Origin: a virus | Strand: one strand, 5' to 3' | IMG/VR virus record: IMGVR_UViG_3300037346_000419 | Location: 17,327 to 81,326 of that record | Length of the DNA stretch: 64,000 nt | Shown here: piece by piece, positions 1-9,948 of the stretch | Layout: each line of letters starts with the position of its first letter | How positions within the stretch are numbered: position 1 is the stretch's first letter | Position numbers and translations under genes: made by a program | Notes under the pieces: generated by a model | The model's input: only the letters and a program-made list of their open reading frames with translations | What the model was told of the DNA's origin: nothing | The model's database searches: none

Positions 1-2333
1 CTAGTTTTTTTATAAATGATACCAGGACCTGAAAATTTACCTTCTGATTCATCTAAGAAAACTTCATAAGGTTTATTATTTAATAATCCTACAATCCATT
101 TATAGACATGTCCTTGTGAGTGGCTTATAAATGCTTCTCCTTCTAATTCTCTAGGTCTTTTTATAGCATCATGTTCTTTAAAAGCAACTTCATCTTTAAT
201 ATCAGTATTAACTAATACACCAGTTCTACAGCCATCTCTATAAACAGTTACACCTTTAAGTCCCATTTCCCAAGATTTCATATAGATATTTGCTACTTCT
301 TCTTTAGTTACGGTATTTGGTAGATTAATTGTGGAGCTTATTGCACTAGTAGTATATTTTTGTAAAATACTTTGCATTTTAACTCTTTTTGTCCAATCAA
401 TATCATTTGCTGTGCTACCATACCAAGGTGACACTTTGAAATATAGTTCTAAAGAATCCTTAGTTAAAGCTTTTACATAAAGGTAAGCATTTTCCTTAGT
501 TTTATTAGTACCTTTTAATAAAGGATTAACATCAAAAGCTACTTCATTTTGAATTTGTATAATCATCCAATCTTTAAATTTAGGATGTAAAACAGAATAT
601 TCTGTCCAAGAATCTTTATTTTGGTCAATAAAATCTATTCTAACTCCTTCTTCTCCTGGATTAACTTTCTTTCTCCTAGTATAAAAAGGCATAAATAAAG
701 GCTCACAACCAGATGTTGTTTGAGTCATAATTGAAGTTGTTCCAGCAGGTGCAATTGTATTCCAATTTACATTTCTTCTACCATATTTCATCATTCTTAA
801 CTTTTGCTCTGGAAATTCTTCTATAAGCATTTGATAAAAATCATTTGCACCTTGAGTTTCTTTATCAGAAAAAATATTGGTGAATTCTAAATTTTTATCC
901 CAACCTTTAAAAGGTCCTCTAAGAATAGCTAAATCAATACTACAATCAAGTTCTGCCTTCATTTTTGTATGCATTACAAGTTCAACAGTATCTAAAGCTA
1001 CTTCTGAATCAAATTTTAAATTTAAAGCAGCTAACATATCTCCTAAAGCAGTTATACCACATCCAACTCTTCTACCTGATTCTGCAATATCTTTAACATT
1101 TAACCATAGAGTTTTTTCAATAGCTTTTTCTTCTTCAGGTAAATTATCAGATTCTATTTTTAATAGAATTCTTTCAATATACTCAATTTCTAAATCAACT
1201 AAATTATCTCCTTGTCTCATCATTTCATAAGTGATTTTATATAATAAATCATAGTCAATTACAGCTTCTTCAGTAAATGGGTTTTGTACCATATTAAATA
1301 GATTTAATAAAATTAATCTACAAGTATCATAAACTGCCATTGGCTGTTCTCCACAAGCATTTGTTCCATCAATAAAATATTTAGAATACACAGAGGAAGG
1401 GTCGTAATTAATAACTCTATCCCAGAAAAATAGTCCTGGTTCTGCATTTTCCCAAGCATTTTGTACAATTGCATCAAAATACTCTTTTGCTCTGATTTTT
1501 TTAGCATATATTTTAAAATCTAATGAAGAATCTTGTATTATTGTCAGTGTATTATACTCTAAATCCTCTCTTTGACATTCTACAATTTCAGAATTTATAT
1601 CACAAGGAAATCTAAGAATATAATCCTCATCATTTTTTACAGCTTCAAAAAATTTATCTCTTGTTTTTACAGAAATATTAGCTCCTGTAATCATAGTTCT
1701 ATCAATTTTTGAATTGATAAAATCTAAACTGTCAGGATGATTAATATCAATATCAAGAAGACAAGCTCCTCTTCTACCATCTTGAGCTACTTCTCTTGTT
1801 GAATTAGAATATCTTGACATAAATGATACTGGACCTGTTGAAGTACTTGAAGCATTTTTAACTTCAATTCCTTTTGGTCTAATATTAGAAATACCTAATC
1901 CATAACCACATCCTCTTTTAGCTGCTGATATCAGCATTGTGTCAGTGTACATTATACTAGAATAAGAATCTTTAGGTGGTGGTAATCTAAGGCAATTACT
2001 AAGGCTTCTATAACCTTCTTTATAACCTAAAGATGCCATAATTCTACCTTGTGGTACAATGTATTTAAAATCTTTAAACATATCAAAGATTTTTTCTTCT
2101 GTTAAAGGTATTCTTTGTAAAGCATAATCAGACATAATTTCTAAGTTAAAAGAAGCATCTTCATAATAATTTTTTTCTTTTTCAATATACTTAGATTCTA
2201 CTTTAGCAAATTCTTTTGCTAGTCTTCTGTGCATGTCATTAGGTGTTATATCATTTTCTTGTGCATATTTATTAAGCCACACATCTGAAGCTAATTCATC
2301 ATTATTAAAATATTCTAATAATTCTTTATTCAT
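1..2333 (-). CDS. nrdJ: Ribonucleotide reductase, class II (adenosylcobalamin-dependent) type; 3' end runs off the window
   Basis: Absent from the ORF track, apparently because it has no stop inside the window. Manual translation from ATG 2333 gives MNKELLEYFNNDELASDVWLNKY...PQGRIM...SLSNC...AQDGRRGA...TGANISV...GTNACGEQP...DTCRL...IAPAGTTS...TTSGCEP, which are RNR catalytic motifs. No beta subunit seen in the window. Confidence 0.9.
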   Translation of the reverse strand, partial: MNKELLEYFNNDELASDVWLNKYAQENDITPNDMHRRLAKEFAKVESKYIEKEKNYYEDASFNLEIMSDYALQRIPLTEEKIFDMFKDFKYIVPQGRIMASLGYKEGYRSLSNCLRLPPPKDSYSSIMYTDTMLISAAKRGCGYGLGISNIRPKGIEVKNASSTSTGPVSFMSRYSNSTREVAQDGRRGACLLDIDINHPDSLDFINSKIDRTMITGANISVKTRDKFFEAVKNDEDYILRFPCDINSEIVECQREDLEYNTLTIIQDSSLDFKIYAKKIRAKEYFDAIVQNAWENAEPGLFFWDRVINYDPSSVYSKYFIDGTNACGEQPMAVYDTCRLILLNLFNMVQNPFTEEAVIDYDLLYKITYEMMRQGDNLVDLEIEYIERILLKIESDNLPEEEKAIEKTLWLNVKDIAESGRRVGCGITALGDMLAALNLKFDSEVALDTVELVMHTKMKAELDCSIDLAILRGPFKGWDKNLEFTNIFSDKETQGANDFYQMLIEEFPEQKLRMMKYGRRNVNWNTIAPAGTTSIMTQTTSGCEPLFMPFYTRRKKVNPGEEGVRIDFIDQNKDSWTEYSVLHPKFKDWMIIQIQNEVAFDVNPLLKGTNKTKENAYLYVKALTKDSLELYFKVSPWYGSTANDIDWTKRVKMQSILQKYTTSAISSTINLPNTVTKEEVANIYMKSWEMGLKGVTVYRDGCRTGVLVNTDIKDEVAFKEHDAIKRPRELEGEAFISHSQGHVYKWIVGLLNNKPYEVFLDESEGKFSGPGIIYKKT

Positions 2334-2616
2334 GAGTCCCTAAAATTTCATCATAATTAATAAGACTATATGTATGAATCTCTTTTTCAGAAATTTTATC
2401 ATGTTTTATGATATTACTACCTGAATAAGAGCTTATAAAAATTTTGTCTCCTTCTTTTACACCATTTTGTGGACATTCATTTCCTAAATTTAAAACAGTC
2501 CTTGTAATTTCAAACAAGTCTTCATCTGTTTCTTTTACATTATCCAATAGAATAATGTCTTTCTTTTTTTTAAGTGCTATAGTTTTAATTAGCACATTTT
2601 TTCCTATCGCTTTCAT
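2326..2616 (-). CDS. groES: GroES-like co-chaperonin
   Basis: MKAIGKNVLIK...VKEGDKIFISSYSG...LINYDEILG matches the Cpn10 pattern. Start at 2616 is preferred because a TAACTTTG promoter box lies at 2629-2636. Confidence 0.7.
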   Translation of the reverse strand: MKAIGKNVLIKTIALKKKKDIILLDNVKETDEDLFEITRTVLNLGNECPQNGVKEGDKIFISSYSGSNIIKHDKISEKEIHTYSLINYDEILGTHE

Positions 2617-2644
2617 TTTGTGAACTTGCAAAGTTAATATAACT

Positions 2645-4671
2645 TTACATATTTAAAAAATACAATTCATGTTTTGCTCTAGTTCTTGCAACATACTTTA
2701 AGTTTTGCTCTTGTTGTAGTTGCTCTTTACTTTTAGCAAATTTTGAAGGTATTAAATTCTCATTTAGTATATAAACTACATCAGATTCCAAACCTTTTGA
2801 TTTATGAATTGTACATAGCATTATACCATTTTCTTTTTCTTCAAATAGAGATTTTAATTTCTCTAATAAAACACTAACTAAATCATAGTCTCCACAAAAA
2901 TGCTTATATAATAAGGTAAAATTATTAAGATTCTCTTTAAAAACATAAAATTTAATTTTTCCTTCTTCAGAATAATCTTTTTCTAATTCTTCTGTTCTAT
3001 AAGTCATTTCAATAAAAGCTTGAGTAACTGTGTTTGTGGAATAAGCTTTTAAAAATCTAATTAAAGAATTTAAAATGTCTTCTCCTTTTAAATATACATT
3101 TTTATCTTCAGCTAACAACTGAAAATAAAGCTCTATTAAAGGATTTGTATTCCTGCAAATTACCATTGCTCCATTTTGTATCAATTTATAGTCAGTTATA
3201 GTCTTTACAATACCTTCTGAAGAATTAAAAGGTGTCATTACATCATAGACTTCATTTGCTTTCTTTATAATTGAGTCATCGCATCTGTAACAAATATCTA
3301 AAGGTAATTGTTTTACATTTGGTTTAGATAAAAATAAATCAAAAGAAGAGGTTGAAGCCCCAGAAAAACCATAAATAGCTTGATTTTTATCTCCAACACA
3401 AATAAATCTTTTAACTGATTGTTCAATTAACTTATCTACAATTTTATGTTGACAAATATTCAAATCCTGACATTCCGTTTTTTTGTATAGTTTTAAAACA
3501 TGATAAAGATTAATTATTATCATTATACTATACCTTATACTTTCATATAAGACTAGACTATATCTTAAAAATTTCTAATTTTACATTTTTAATATTTAGA
3601 TTTTTTATTGTATGAGAATTTATCCAATTTCTTTTGTAAGTATTCTCCCTTTTAGAATCATATATATGCTGAGATAATCTTGCTTTTAAACTTGTGCAAG
3701 TTACCCCTACATACCTTACTTCTAATGTTTCTGGATTTTTTAAAACATATATTAAAAACTCTCTTTGTTTAATATTTTTTATTCTCTACATGTTAAATCT
3801 TGTGTTATGCAAAAACAGTAATTTTTCTCCCCGTTTCCAAATAAAATAATCAATTTTAAATGTACGTATTTCTACTAGTCGTTGAACCTTACCCATTTTA
3901 AAAGGTCTTGGCTGCTGATTGCCTATTTGACATCTCAATTATTTTTAACATTCACACTTATCTTTTCAGATTATGTTGTAGTTAATTGAGCTTTAAGGTA
4001 TTCCAGCAATTAAAGGAGTTTTAAGTGAACTAAATTTAATCCACCATTAGATAATGAGGATATATTGGAATTTGAAGGCTTTTTACAACTGGTAAATAAA
4101 TCATATCATTAAAATCTATTAAAACTAAGTTTGATTCATAACTAGCATTTCTTAATTCTAAAAATCTTTGCCATAAAACTTTTAAATCAGGTGTGATAAC
4201 TAAACTTTTATCCATAGTTATAAAACAATCTCTAATAGATTCTACATCATCAATTAAAAATAATCTAGATATATCATTCATATCCATTAAATCATAACTC
4301 ATTTTAAGTTTATCTTTCCAAACTAGCTTTTTAAATATTCTTTTATTTTGAAATTGTAATTTTTTAATTAAACTAAAATTTTTACCATTATCTATTTTTA
4401 TATTCTTATAACTATTTCTTATTGCACTTAAACCTAAACTATGAATTGTCATAGCTTTTCCTTGAGTTAAATTTTTACTTTCTATTTTATTTTGAATTTC
4501 TTCTTTGATTGATTTATTAAAAGCTAAAAAAAGAGTTTTTTCTTGACAATGTTCTAATAACAGTAACAAAGTGGTAGTTTTACTACCACCTGCTACAGCA
4601 TTTATTAAAATATTACAATCTTCATTATTCCAAACATCTAAAATGTTTTGTTGTTTTTCACTTAGAATCAT
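2645..4671 (-). CDS. UvrD/Rep-like SF1 helicase split by a group I intron (exons 4671-4039 and 3475-2645; ~487 aa spliced)
   Basis: Exon 1 has AVAGGSKTT, LAFNK, TIHSLG and ends LMVD. Exon 2 starts ECQD and has VGDKNQAIYGFSG, CYRC, TIHKSKGLE, YVARTRAK. Splicing restores Walker B VDECQD. Confidence 0.9.
3476..4038 (-). mobile_element. Group I self-splicing intron (563 nt) in the helicase
   Basis: The 5' exon ends in U (GTGGAT) and pairs with IGS GTTCAC with a terminal U.G pair. Core elements are present: AATTGCTGGAA (P), AATCAGCAGCC (Q), GTTCAACGACTA (R), AAGATATAGTCT (S). The intron ends in G. Confidence 0.92.
3558..3791 (-). pseudogene. Degenerate GIY-YIG homing endonuclease remnant inside the intron
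   Basis: M*RIKNIKQREFLIYVLKNPETLEVRYVGVTCTSLKARLSQH...: GIY-YIG N-terminal motif with a stop at codon 2, truncated at 78 codons, located between the R and S elements. Confidence 0.75.
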
Positions 4672-4787
4672 TTTTTAATATTTTTATAATTTCTTCAATT
4701 TCAAACTTTTCATCAGTACCTAACCTATCAGACCAACTTACTAAGTTTTCTAATCTTTCGATACCTATTTTTACATTTTTTGGCATA

Positions 4788-5036
4788 TTATAATATTTCT
4801 ATAGTTAAATGAACCCATTCATCAATTATTTCAACTTCTGTTTTAACTTTATCTTTAAAAGTAACTATAACTTCATGTTGAATCTGTCTAGCATCTTCTA
4901 TATCAATTCTTGATGCTTTTTCTCTTCCTACATCTCCATTTTCTCTGGTTATATAAGTTATTGTGTTTTCATCTGCATCATCTAAATATAGATTAGTCAT
5001 TAATGTATCAATGAACTTTTTTATATCTTCTTTCAT
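4788..5036 (-). CDS. Hypothetical protein
   Basis: 82-aa ORF in a tightly packed minus-strand gene run. Confidence 0.6.
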   Translation of the reverse strand: MKEDIKKFIDTLMTNLYLDDADENTITYITRENGDVGREKASRIDIEDARQIQHEVIVTFKDKVKTEVEIIDEWVHLTIEIL

Positions 5037-5272
5037 GGTCTTTTTTTAAGTGCTAAAGCAAATCCTCTTTTATACCCATCTTTATAGGTATCTTCATCTA
5101 AAACAATCATTGGACACATTGGAACAATTCCTAAAAAAGTACAATTATATTTATCAAAACACCAACCTTCAGTATAACCTTTTTTAAATCCTTCACAATA
5201 AGTTCCTGTTGTGTTATAAGCGTTTATATTTAACATATAAACGCTTAAACATATTAATATTAATTTTCGCAT
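5033..5272 (-). CDS. Small secreted Cys-rich hypothetical protein
   Basis: N-terminal signal-like segment and YxxG(F/Y) repeats. Confidence 0.55.
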   Translation of the reverse strand: MRKLILICLSVYMLNINAYNTTGTYCEGFKKGYTEGWCFDKYNCTFLGIVPMCPMIVLDEDTYKDGYKRGFALALKKRP

Positions 5273-6204
5273 AATTTTTTTATTTTAGCATATATTTCAG
5301 TCCAAGTTGGTAAACCCATAATACACTTATCATCAATATAAACATCTGCTGAAATTTTTCTACAATCTGCTCCAAACTTTTGAATAAGATGTGGCATATT
5401 ACAATTTATATAATCATATTGTATGTCATTTTTATCTAAAAAAGCTATTGCAGCTCGTATTGTTGAAAATCTTTTCATATCATCTTTATAATTTTGAGTA
5501 TTACAAGCTTTTACTGAAAGTATATCACCATTTAATGAAGAAATCCAATAATAATAATCTTCCTGATAAATTGAATTTTGTCTTACAAGCATTTCTAAAT
5601 AACCTTTCCAAGTTACATAACCTTGAGCATCAGTTCCTGTTATATTAAAGTAATCTGCAACTTCACTAAAGTGTTCTTCTTTTATATTACTTATTTTCTC
5701 TATAGCTTTTCCATCATATGTTCTAAATAAAAATTTATCTAATAACTTAATAGAATGACCATCATTATAAAACATCATATGCTTTTGATTTTCAGCTTTA
5801 CCAATATAAAAATTTCTTATATAATCACAATCCTTGATGATTTCACCAACAGTAAATACTACACCATCTGACAATCTTTTTATAGAGTGAATATGATGGG
5901 AAAAATTTGAATTTAAATAATATTCTGCATTATATAGACCATCTCCTTTTCCATAAAAGCTCATTAATCCACTCACAGGATTAAGTATATAATGACCATT
6001 ATATCCATTTATTTCTATTATCTCATAATCTTTTTCAACAACTTTTTCCCAAAATTCTGGATTGTTTTCTACTAAATGAGAAGAAATTTCTGAAAACGTA
6101 CCACTTCCATTAAAATTGTAAATATTTCTACCTTCTAAGAAATTTACTACAGTATTTAATTTAACACTTCCTGGATATTTTTTAATTAATTTATATTTTT
6201 TCAT
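5260..6204 (-). CDS. Mosaic hypothetical protein with a C-terminal HAD-phosphatase-like fragment
   Basis: The C-terminus YDYINCN...RKISADVYIDDK...LPTW resembles the C-terminal half of small Bacteroidota HAD hydrolases. No N-terminal DxD motif. Confidence 0.55.
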   Translation of the reverse strand: MKKYKLIKKYPGSVKLNTVVNFLEGRNIYNFNGSGTFSEISSHLVENNPEFWEKVVEKDYEIIEINGYNGHYILNPVSGLMSFYGKGDGLYNAEYYLNSNFSHHIHSIKRLSDGVVFTVGEIIKDCDYIRNFYIGKAENQKHMMFYNDGHSIKLLDKFLFRTYDGKAIEKISNIKEEHFSEVADYFNITGTDAQGYVTWKGYLEMLVRQNSIYQEDYYYWISSLNGDILSVKACNTQNYKDDMKRFSTIRAAIAFLDKNDIQYDYINCNMPHLIQKFGADCRKISADVYIDDKCIMGLPTWTEIYAKIKKLCEN

Positions 6205-6382
6205 ATTTTATTTTTTCTAATTTAAATTCATATTTATCTCCAACTTTAGTTTCAATTATACCTGTCTTAAAGTCTATATTTTTTATTTCTTTATATATTT
6301 CACTATGAGGTATTTTTAATTTTTCACAAACTGCTTTTCTAAACATACTTCCTGCAATTCCATTTAATTTATATGCGTTCAT
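6191..6382 (-). CDS. Hypothetical protein
   Basis: 63-aa ORF overlapping its neighbours. Confidence 0.55.
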   Translation of the reverse strand: MNAYKLNGIAGSMFRKAVCEKLKIPHSEIYKEIKNIDFKTGIIETKVGDKYEFKLEKIKYEKI

Positions 6383-7215
6383 ATTATTTTTTCTTTAATT
6401 AAAATTTCTTTTACTTTTTCGATTAACTTTTCAATAGTACCATTATTATCAATTACATAATCAAACTCTGCATTATCTAAGCTTGCTTCGGATTTATGTT
6501 CATTAGACATTTCCACCATAGTTTTAGTACCTCTATTAACTCTAATAGTAATTCCATTTTCATCTTTAATAGCTTTTAACTCATTTGGGAAGCGCATATC
6601 AGTAATTATCCAATTAGGATAAATATCAATTATATCATTTTCATGAGGTTCATAATTTTCATTTACATTTTCTCCTGCTAGTTTGTGTTTTATATTTAAA
6701 AAAGATTTATACTCACTCATTAAAGCATTAACCCAAATATTTGGATGTATAATTTGTCTTCCACATTCAGTGCCTAATAATTGAAGTAAAAGTCTAGGTG
6801 TAAGTTTAACTATATACCATTTTAAATTATTAGCAATGTTTTTGTTGCCTCCTAAGTAAGGAACTAATACATTATCTTCATTATAAAATAAAGTTTTAGT
6901 ATAATACCACCATTCTTCTCCTAATTCTTTCTCTTTAAATTCTCTATCTTCTAGTTGTTCTCTAGTACAATTAAGTAATAAACAAACTATATCTTTTAAT
7001 TTATCAGCAAATTTTTTATTTTCCCAATTTGTTTCTTCTGGAAAATTTAAAGGTTCATTAGATTGTAAAAAATCTACACAATCTTTTATTGTAGTGGGTT
7101 TTCCAAAAGGTGTATTTCCTATATAAGCTTGACCCTCTTGGTCAATTAACCACTGTATTATCTTTCCAACTGTATCTTTTCCTGAACCTAGTTTCCCTGA
7201 AATTCCAATTATCAT
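6379..7215 (-). CDS. Deoxynucleoside monophosphate kinase
   Basis: GISGKLGSGKDT P-loop, FADKLK, TPRLLLQLLGTE, ITDMRFPNE, HKSE. Confidence 0.88.
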   Translation of the reverse strand: MIIGISGKLGSGKDTVGKIIQWLIDQEGQAYIGNTPFGKPTTIKDCVDFLQSNEPLNFPEETNWENKKFADKLKDIVCLLLNCTREQLEDREFKEKELGEEWWYYTKTLFYNEDNVLVPYLGGNKNIANNLKWYIVKLTPRLLLQLLGTECGRQIIHPNIWVNALMSEYKSFLNIKHKLAGENVNENYEPHENDIIDIYPNWIITDMRFPNELKAIKDENGITIRVNRGTKTMVEMSNEHKSEASLDNAEFDYVIDNNGTIEKLIEKVKEILIKEKII

Positions 7216-7832
7216 GTTATATCTCTCCCTCTATTAAAATATTTTTTATCACTTTCTGGCCAATTAAATATTTCTTCTACATTTACTAGAGGTAAATCTA
7301 ATTCAATATCATCAAAATCTTCAACAGTCATTAATGTTCCAAAAGTTTCATTTATAGTATTAATATATTTTTGTTTATAATCTGAATTTTTTAAAAGAAC
7401 ATTTCTTTCTTTATCTTTAGAAACTGAAAATAATAATTTTAACTCTTCAGAATTATACATCTCACTATATTTTCCTTTTATAAAACTATCATAAGCTTTA
7501 TGAAATCTTTCAGGAATTTCTATTACTAACATGTGTCTATTTGAATTAATAAAATCAGCTTCATAACTATAATCTGTTACATAAGATGGATGTTTTCTTA
7601 AATTCACTAAAGCTGTATTTGTTATTTCAGGTTTGTAATTTTTATTAAACATTACAATAATATTTTTACCTTGATTTAAATTTGAACCATTTAGAGTAAT
7701 ATCATGAATACCAACTGCCATTTTCCAAAATATATTAAAATTTAACACAAAATCATCACCATAACCTCTCAAACTTGGCATTAAATATTTATAAGTTTTA
7801 TTTATATATGTGCCATTATCTAATAATTCCAT
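7212..7832 (-). CDS. Conserved phage hypothetical protein
   Basis: 206-aa ORF whose stop overlaps the kinase start (ATGA). Confidence 0.65.
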   Translation of the reverse strand: MELLDNGTYINKTYKYLMPSLRGYGDDFVLNFNIFWKMAVGIHDITLNGSNLNQGKNIIVMFNKNYKPEITNTALVNLRKHPSYVTDYSYEADFINSNRHMLVIEIPERFHKAYDSFIKGKYSEMYNSEELKLLFSVSKDKERNVLLKNSDYKQKYINTINETFGTLMTVEDFDDIELDLPLVNVEEIFNWPESDKKYFNRGRDIT

Positions 7833-7835
7833 ATT

Positions 7836-8663
7836 TTATATATTCATACATATTTCATAGGTTAAAGAATTATAATAAACTTCAGACTTCTCTGTTCTTG
7901 ATTTCAAAAATATAATATCTTCTGGCATATTATTTTCTAATTTGTAAGTTTTAATTCTTTGTTGAAGTGTTAGGTTTTTAATTGCTTCTTCTGAAGTGTA
8001 AAAAGCTTCTAACTCATAAGCACTTAAATTTCTAGTAGCTAATTCTAGTAATTCAGGAGGAGTTGGCATTAACACATAATCTAAAAAAGCATCTAAAGCA
8101 TCATATAAATGACAATAAGATATTAATTGCCATTTGTAAACACTATCAATTCCTGTTTTGTTCTTAAAACTTTTCCAAGTTTCAGGAACTTTACAATCCC
8201 TAATTATATCATGATACTTAATATCACACTCACCAGTTAAAAAACCTTTTGAAATTCTTTCAGTATTTTTAATATATTCAGTATTATTTAATTGACTTAT
8301 TATAGATATTGCTCCATCTTCACAATATCTGCCTTTCTGTAAACTAAAAGTACCTTCTAATAAACTTGCATCAAAGAATTTATAATTATTTTCTAACCAC
8401 AGTTCTTGTAAGTAAGTTTTTGCCCCATCTGGTAAAGGGTCTTCTACACTATTTGTATAATCTTTTTGTAATTTAATAACATCTCTAGCAACTAACATTA
8501 TACCATTAGTTTCAGAATAATCAATTAATTTATCTGGATTATAATCAGTTTTTAATTTTTCTTGGACTTTATTTTTCAATATATCCGTAGCTTTCTCTAA
8601 TTCCATTTTATCAAAAAATGGCCTATTAGTACAAACTCTATGTGAACTTGAAGCTCTAATCAT
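7836..8663 (-). CDS. PD-(D/E)XK (YqaJ/lambda-exonuclease-like) nuclease
   Basis: IRASS, KGRYCE, TGECDI...DCK...WQLISY. Confidence 0.75.
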   Translation of the reverse strand: MIRASSSHRVCTNRPFFDKMELEKATDILKNKVQEKLKTDYNPDKLIDYSETNGIMLVARDVIKLQKDYTNSVEDPLPDGAKTYLQELWLENNYKFFDASLLEGTFSLQKGRYCEDGAISIISQLNNTEYIKNTERISKGFLTGECDIKYHDIIRDCKVPETWKSFKNKTGIDSVYKWQLISYCHLYDALDAFLDYVLMPTPPELLELATRNLSAYELEAFYTSEEAIKNLTLQQRIKTYKLENNMPEDIIFLKSRTEKSEVYYNSLTYEICMNI

Positions 8664-9051
8664 TTTTGTTTTTTATATCTAAGATTTTTTTAAAATCTTC
8701 AAAACTCATATACACTAAATCATCTAACTCTTGTCTTTTATTGCCTTGACCTACTGTTTTTCTATGAATTACTATTGTAGGTAATTCGTGTTCTATTTTT
8801 GTAGGTGGCATAAGTTCTTTTATTTGATTTTTTGTGTATTCTATAACATTTTTAATATTTAAACCTCTGTCATACCCCACTTTTACTTGAACATTAAATG
8901 GTAAATTTGTTAAATCTATACCACAATTGTCATGTAATCTGCTTTCTAACCTAGAAGTTTGACAGAAAATGTAGCCAAGTTCTCTAAATAACTTGGCATA
9001 CAATCTTTCTCCATTACTTCCTTTTCTTTTATTTGTTTTTCCTTGTCCCAT
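8656..9051 (-). CDS. Holliday junction resolvase-like PD-(D/E)XK nuclease
   Basis: KRKGSNGER...GIDL...VQVK pattern. Confidence 0.75.
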   Translation of the reverse strand: MGQGKTNKRKGSNGERLYAKLFRELGYIFCQTSRLESRLHDNCGIDLTNLPFNVQVKVGYDRGLNIKNVIEYTKNQIKELMPPTKIEHELPTIVIHRKTVGQGNKRQELDDLVYMSFEDFKKILDIKNKND

Positions 9052-9054
9052 GTT

Positions 9055-9948
9055 TTAAAAAGGTAAATCTATTGGATTAATACTATTAGTACTGCTAGAA
9101 TCAATAGGGTCAATTCCAGCTATATATGCTGGATGAGGTAGATTTATATTATTAATATCATCAGAAAGATTATTAGATATTATATCTGAATTAAAAAAGC
9201 TATTTATTGCATCACTATTTAAATTCATTTGAAATAACGCTTTTTTAATTTCTTTAAGTTTACTTCTTTCTGTGTCTCGAAATGACAAAACAACTAAATT
9301 TTCTTCTTTACAAAAATCAGATAATATATCATTTTCAACTATATTGTTTAATTCTGTTATACTATTAAAATTTTCTTCAAAACCTTTTGAAAACAACTCT
9401 TCATCTATACTTTTTGTACTTTTAAATTGTACTGAAATACCTTTTTCATAACAACTATTTATTAAGTCTTTTTCTACTTTTTTATAAAAACTTTTATATA
9501 TAGGATTTAATAAAAACTCAGTTGCTACAAGTAATTTAAAATATTTATATATGGGGACATCATTATCAAAAATTTGGTTTCTTTCATAATTTTTACAACA
9601 CAAAATTAATAAGATGTTTTCTTTATCATCTAAAATAGAATAGTGACCTGAAGAAATTTCAACATCTTTCCCTTGAACTTTAAATCCATATTTTCGTATT
9701 CTATCTTTATATTTAAAGTTTTTTAAAAATTCACTATAAGTTTTTGTTTTATAAAATCTAATACTTAAATGTTTATAATAAAATTTAATATCAGTTAAAA
9801 CAGGAAGAAAAACTGAGATGTTAAAAGGGCTTATATACATAGTATCATCACAAATTGTATAATAAGGCATATATTCTCCCAAACTTTTCACTCCTATTTT
9901 TAAAATATCAGGGTGTGCTTGAGCATCATAAATTTTGTCTATAATCAT
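9055..9948 (-). CDS. Hypothetical protein coupled to the E1 gene; C-terminal DLPF tail
   Basis: 297 aa, 4-nt overlap with the E1 stop codon. Confidence 0.65.
   Translation of the reverse strand: MIIDKIYDAQAHPDILKIGVKSLGEYMPYYTICDDTMYISPFNISVFLPVLTDIKFYYKHLSIRFYKTKTYSEFLKNFKYKDRIRKYGFKVQGKDVEISSGHYSILDDKENILLILCCKNYERNQIFDNDVPIYKYFKLLVATEFLLNPIYKSFYKKVEKDLINSCYEKGISVQFKSTKSIDEELFSKGFEENFNSITELNNIVENDILSDFCKEENLVVLSFRDTERSKLKEIKKALFQMNLNSDAINSFFNSDIISNNLSDDINNINLPHPAYIAGIDPIDSSSTNSINPIDLPF

Noticed and set aside
877-1507. Track ORFs 877..1230(+) and 1313..1507(-)
   Set aside because: Shadow or alternative frames of the ribonucleotide reductase gene.
3476-3523. Start of track ORF 2645..3523 (MIIINLYHVLKLYKKT) as a separate gene
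   Set aside because: These codons are intron sequence; the ORF is exon 2 of the helicase.
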